49,890 nucleotides of DNA from Octopus bimaculoides (lineage: Eukaryota), in NCBI RefSeq assembly GCF_001194135.2, contig NC_068989.1, positions 27,323,253 to 27,373,142 of the forward strand, read 5' to 3'. The stretch's first letter is position 1; every line of letters begins with the position of its first letter. Under the pieces are notes generated by a model, which worked only from the letters and a program-made list of their open reading frames with translations, had not been told where the DNA came from and did not search any database. Shown here piece by piece: positions 49,836-49,890 of the stretch. The position numbers and the translations under genes were made by a program.

Positions 49836-49890
49836 CGGACCTCCAGCTAAGCATACGGCGATATACGTATGTATGTATGTATGTATATAC

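Noticed and set aside
1-49890. CRISPR arrays, tRNA or rRNA genes, prokaryotic defence systems
   Set aside because: No repeat-spacer array with constant repeats and no cloverleaf; tRNA-like boxes all belong to SINE heads; the sequence is eukaryotic.

Overview
AT-rich, repeat-dense eukaryotic DNA with eight N-gaps, mostly bounded by microsatellites. The SINE types and microsatellite style suggest a cephalopod, probably Octopus (inference). I found no host protein-coding gene I can support. Most ORFs in the supplied track are artefacts of microsatellites, N-runs or antisense reads of transposons. The window is a retroelement graveyard: about 9 Penelope-like element (PLE; RT + C-terminal GIY-YIG) relics, a 5'-inverted HERO-like RLE LINE, an internally deleted CR1-type LINE, a Tc1 transposase fragment, an RNase H relic and about 12 tRNA-derived SINE pieces. 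The most interesting layer is six type I hammerhead-ribozyme (HHR) motifs folded by eye. One is fully canonical (29083-29134, minus) and one has a long stem II (193-281, minus). One lies inside an ORF-less ~509-bp tandem-plus-inverted unit (21787-22565) that looks like a retrozyme or non-autonomous PLE insertion. A compact promoter-like island with an RFX X-box sits at 22870-23035. All alignments, translations and folds were done by eye, and coordinates of decayed relics are approximate.
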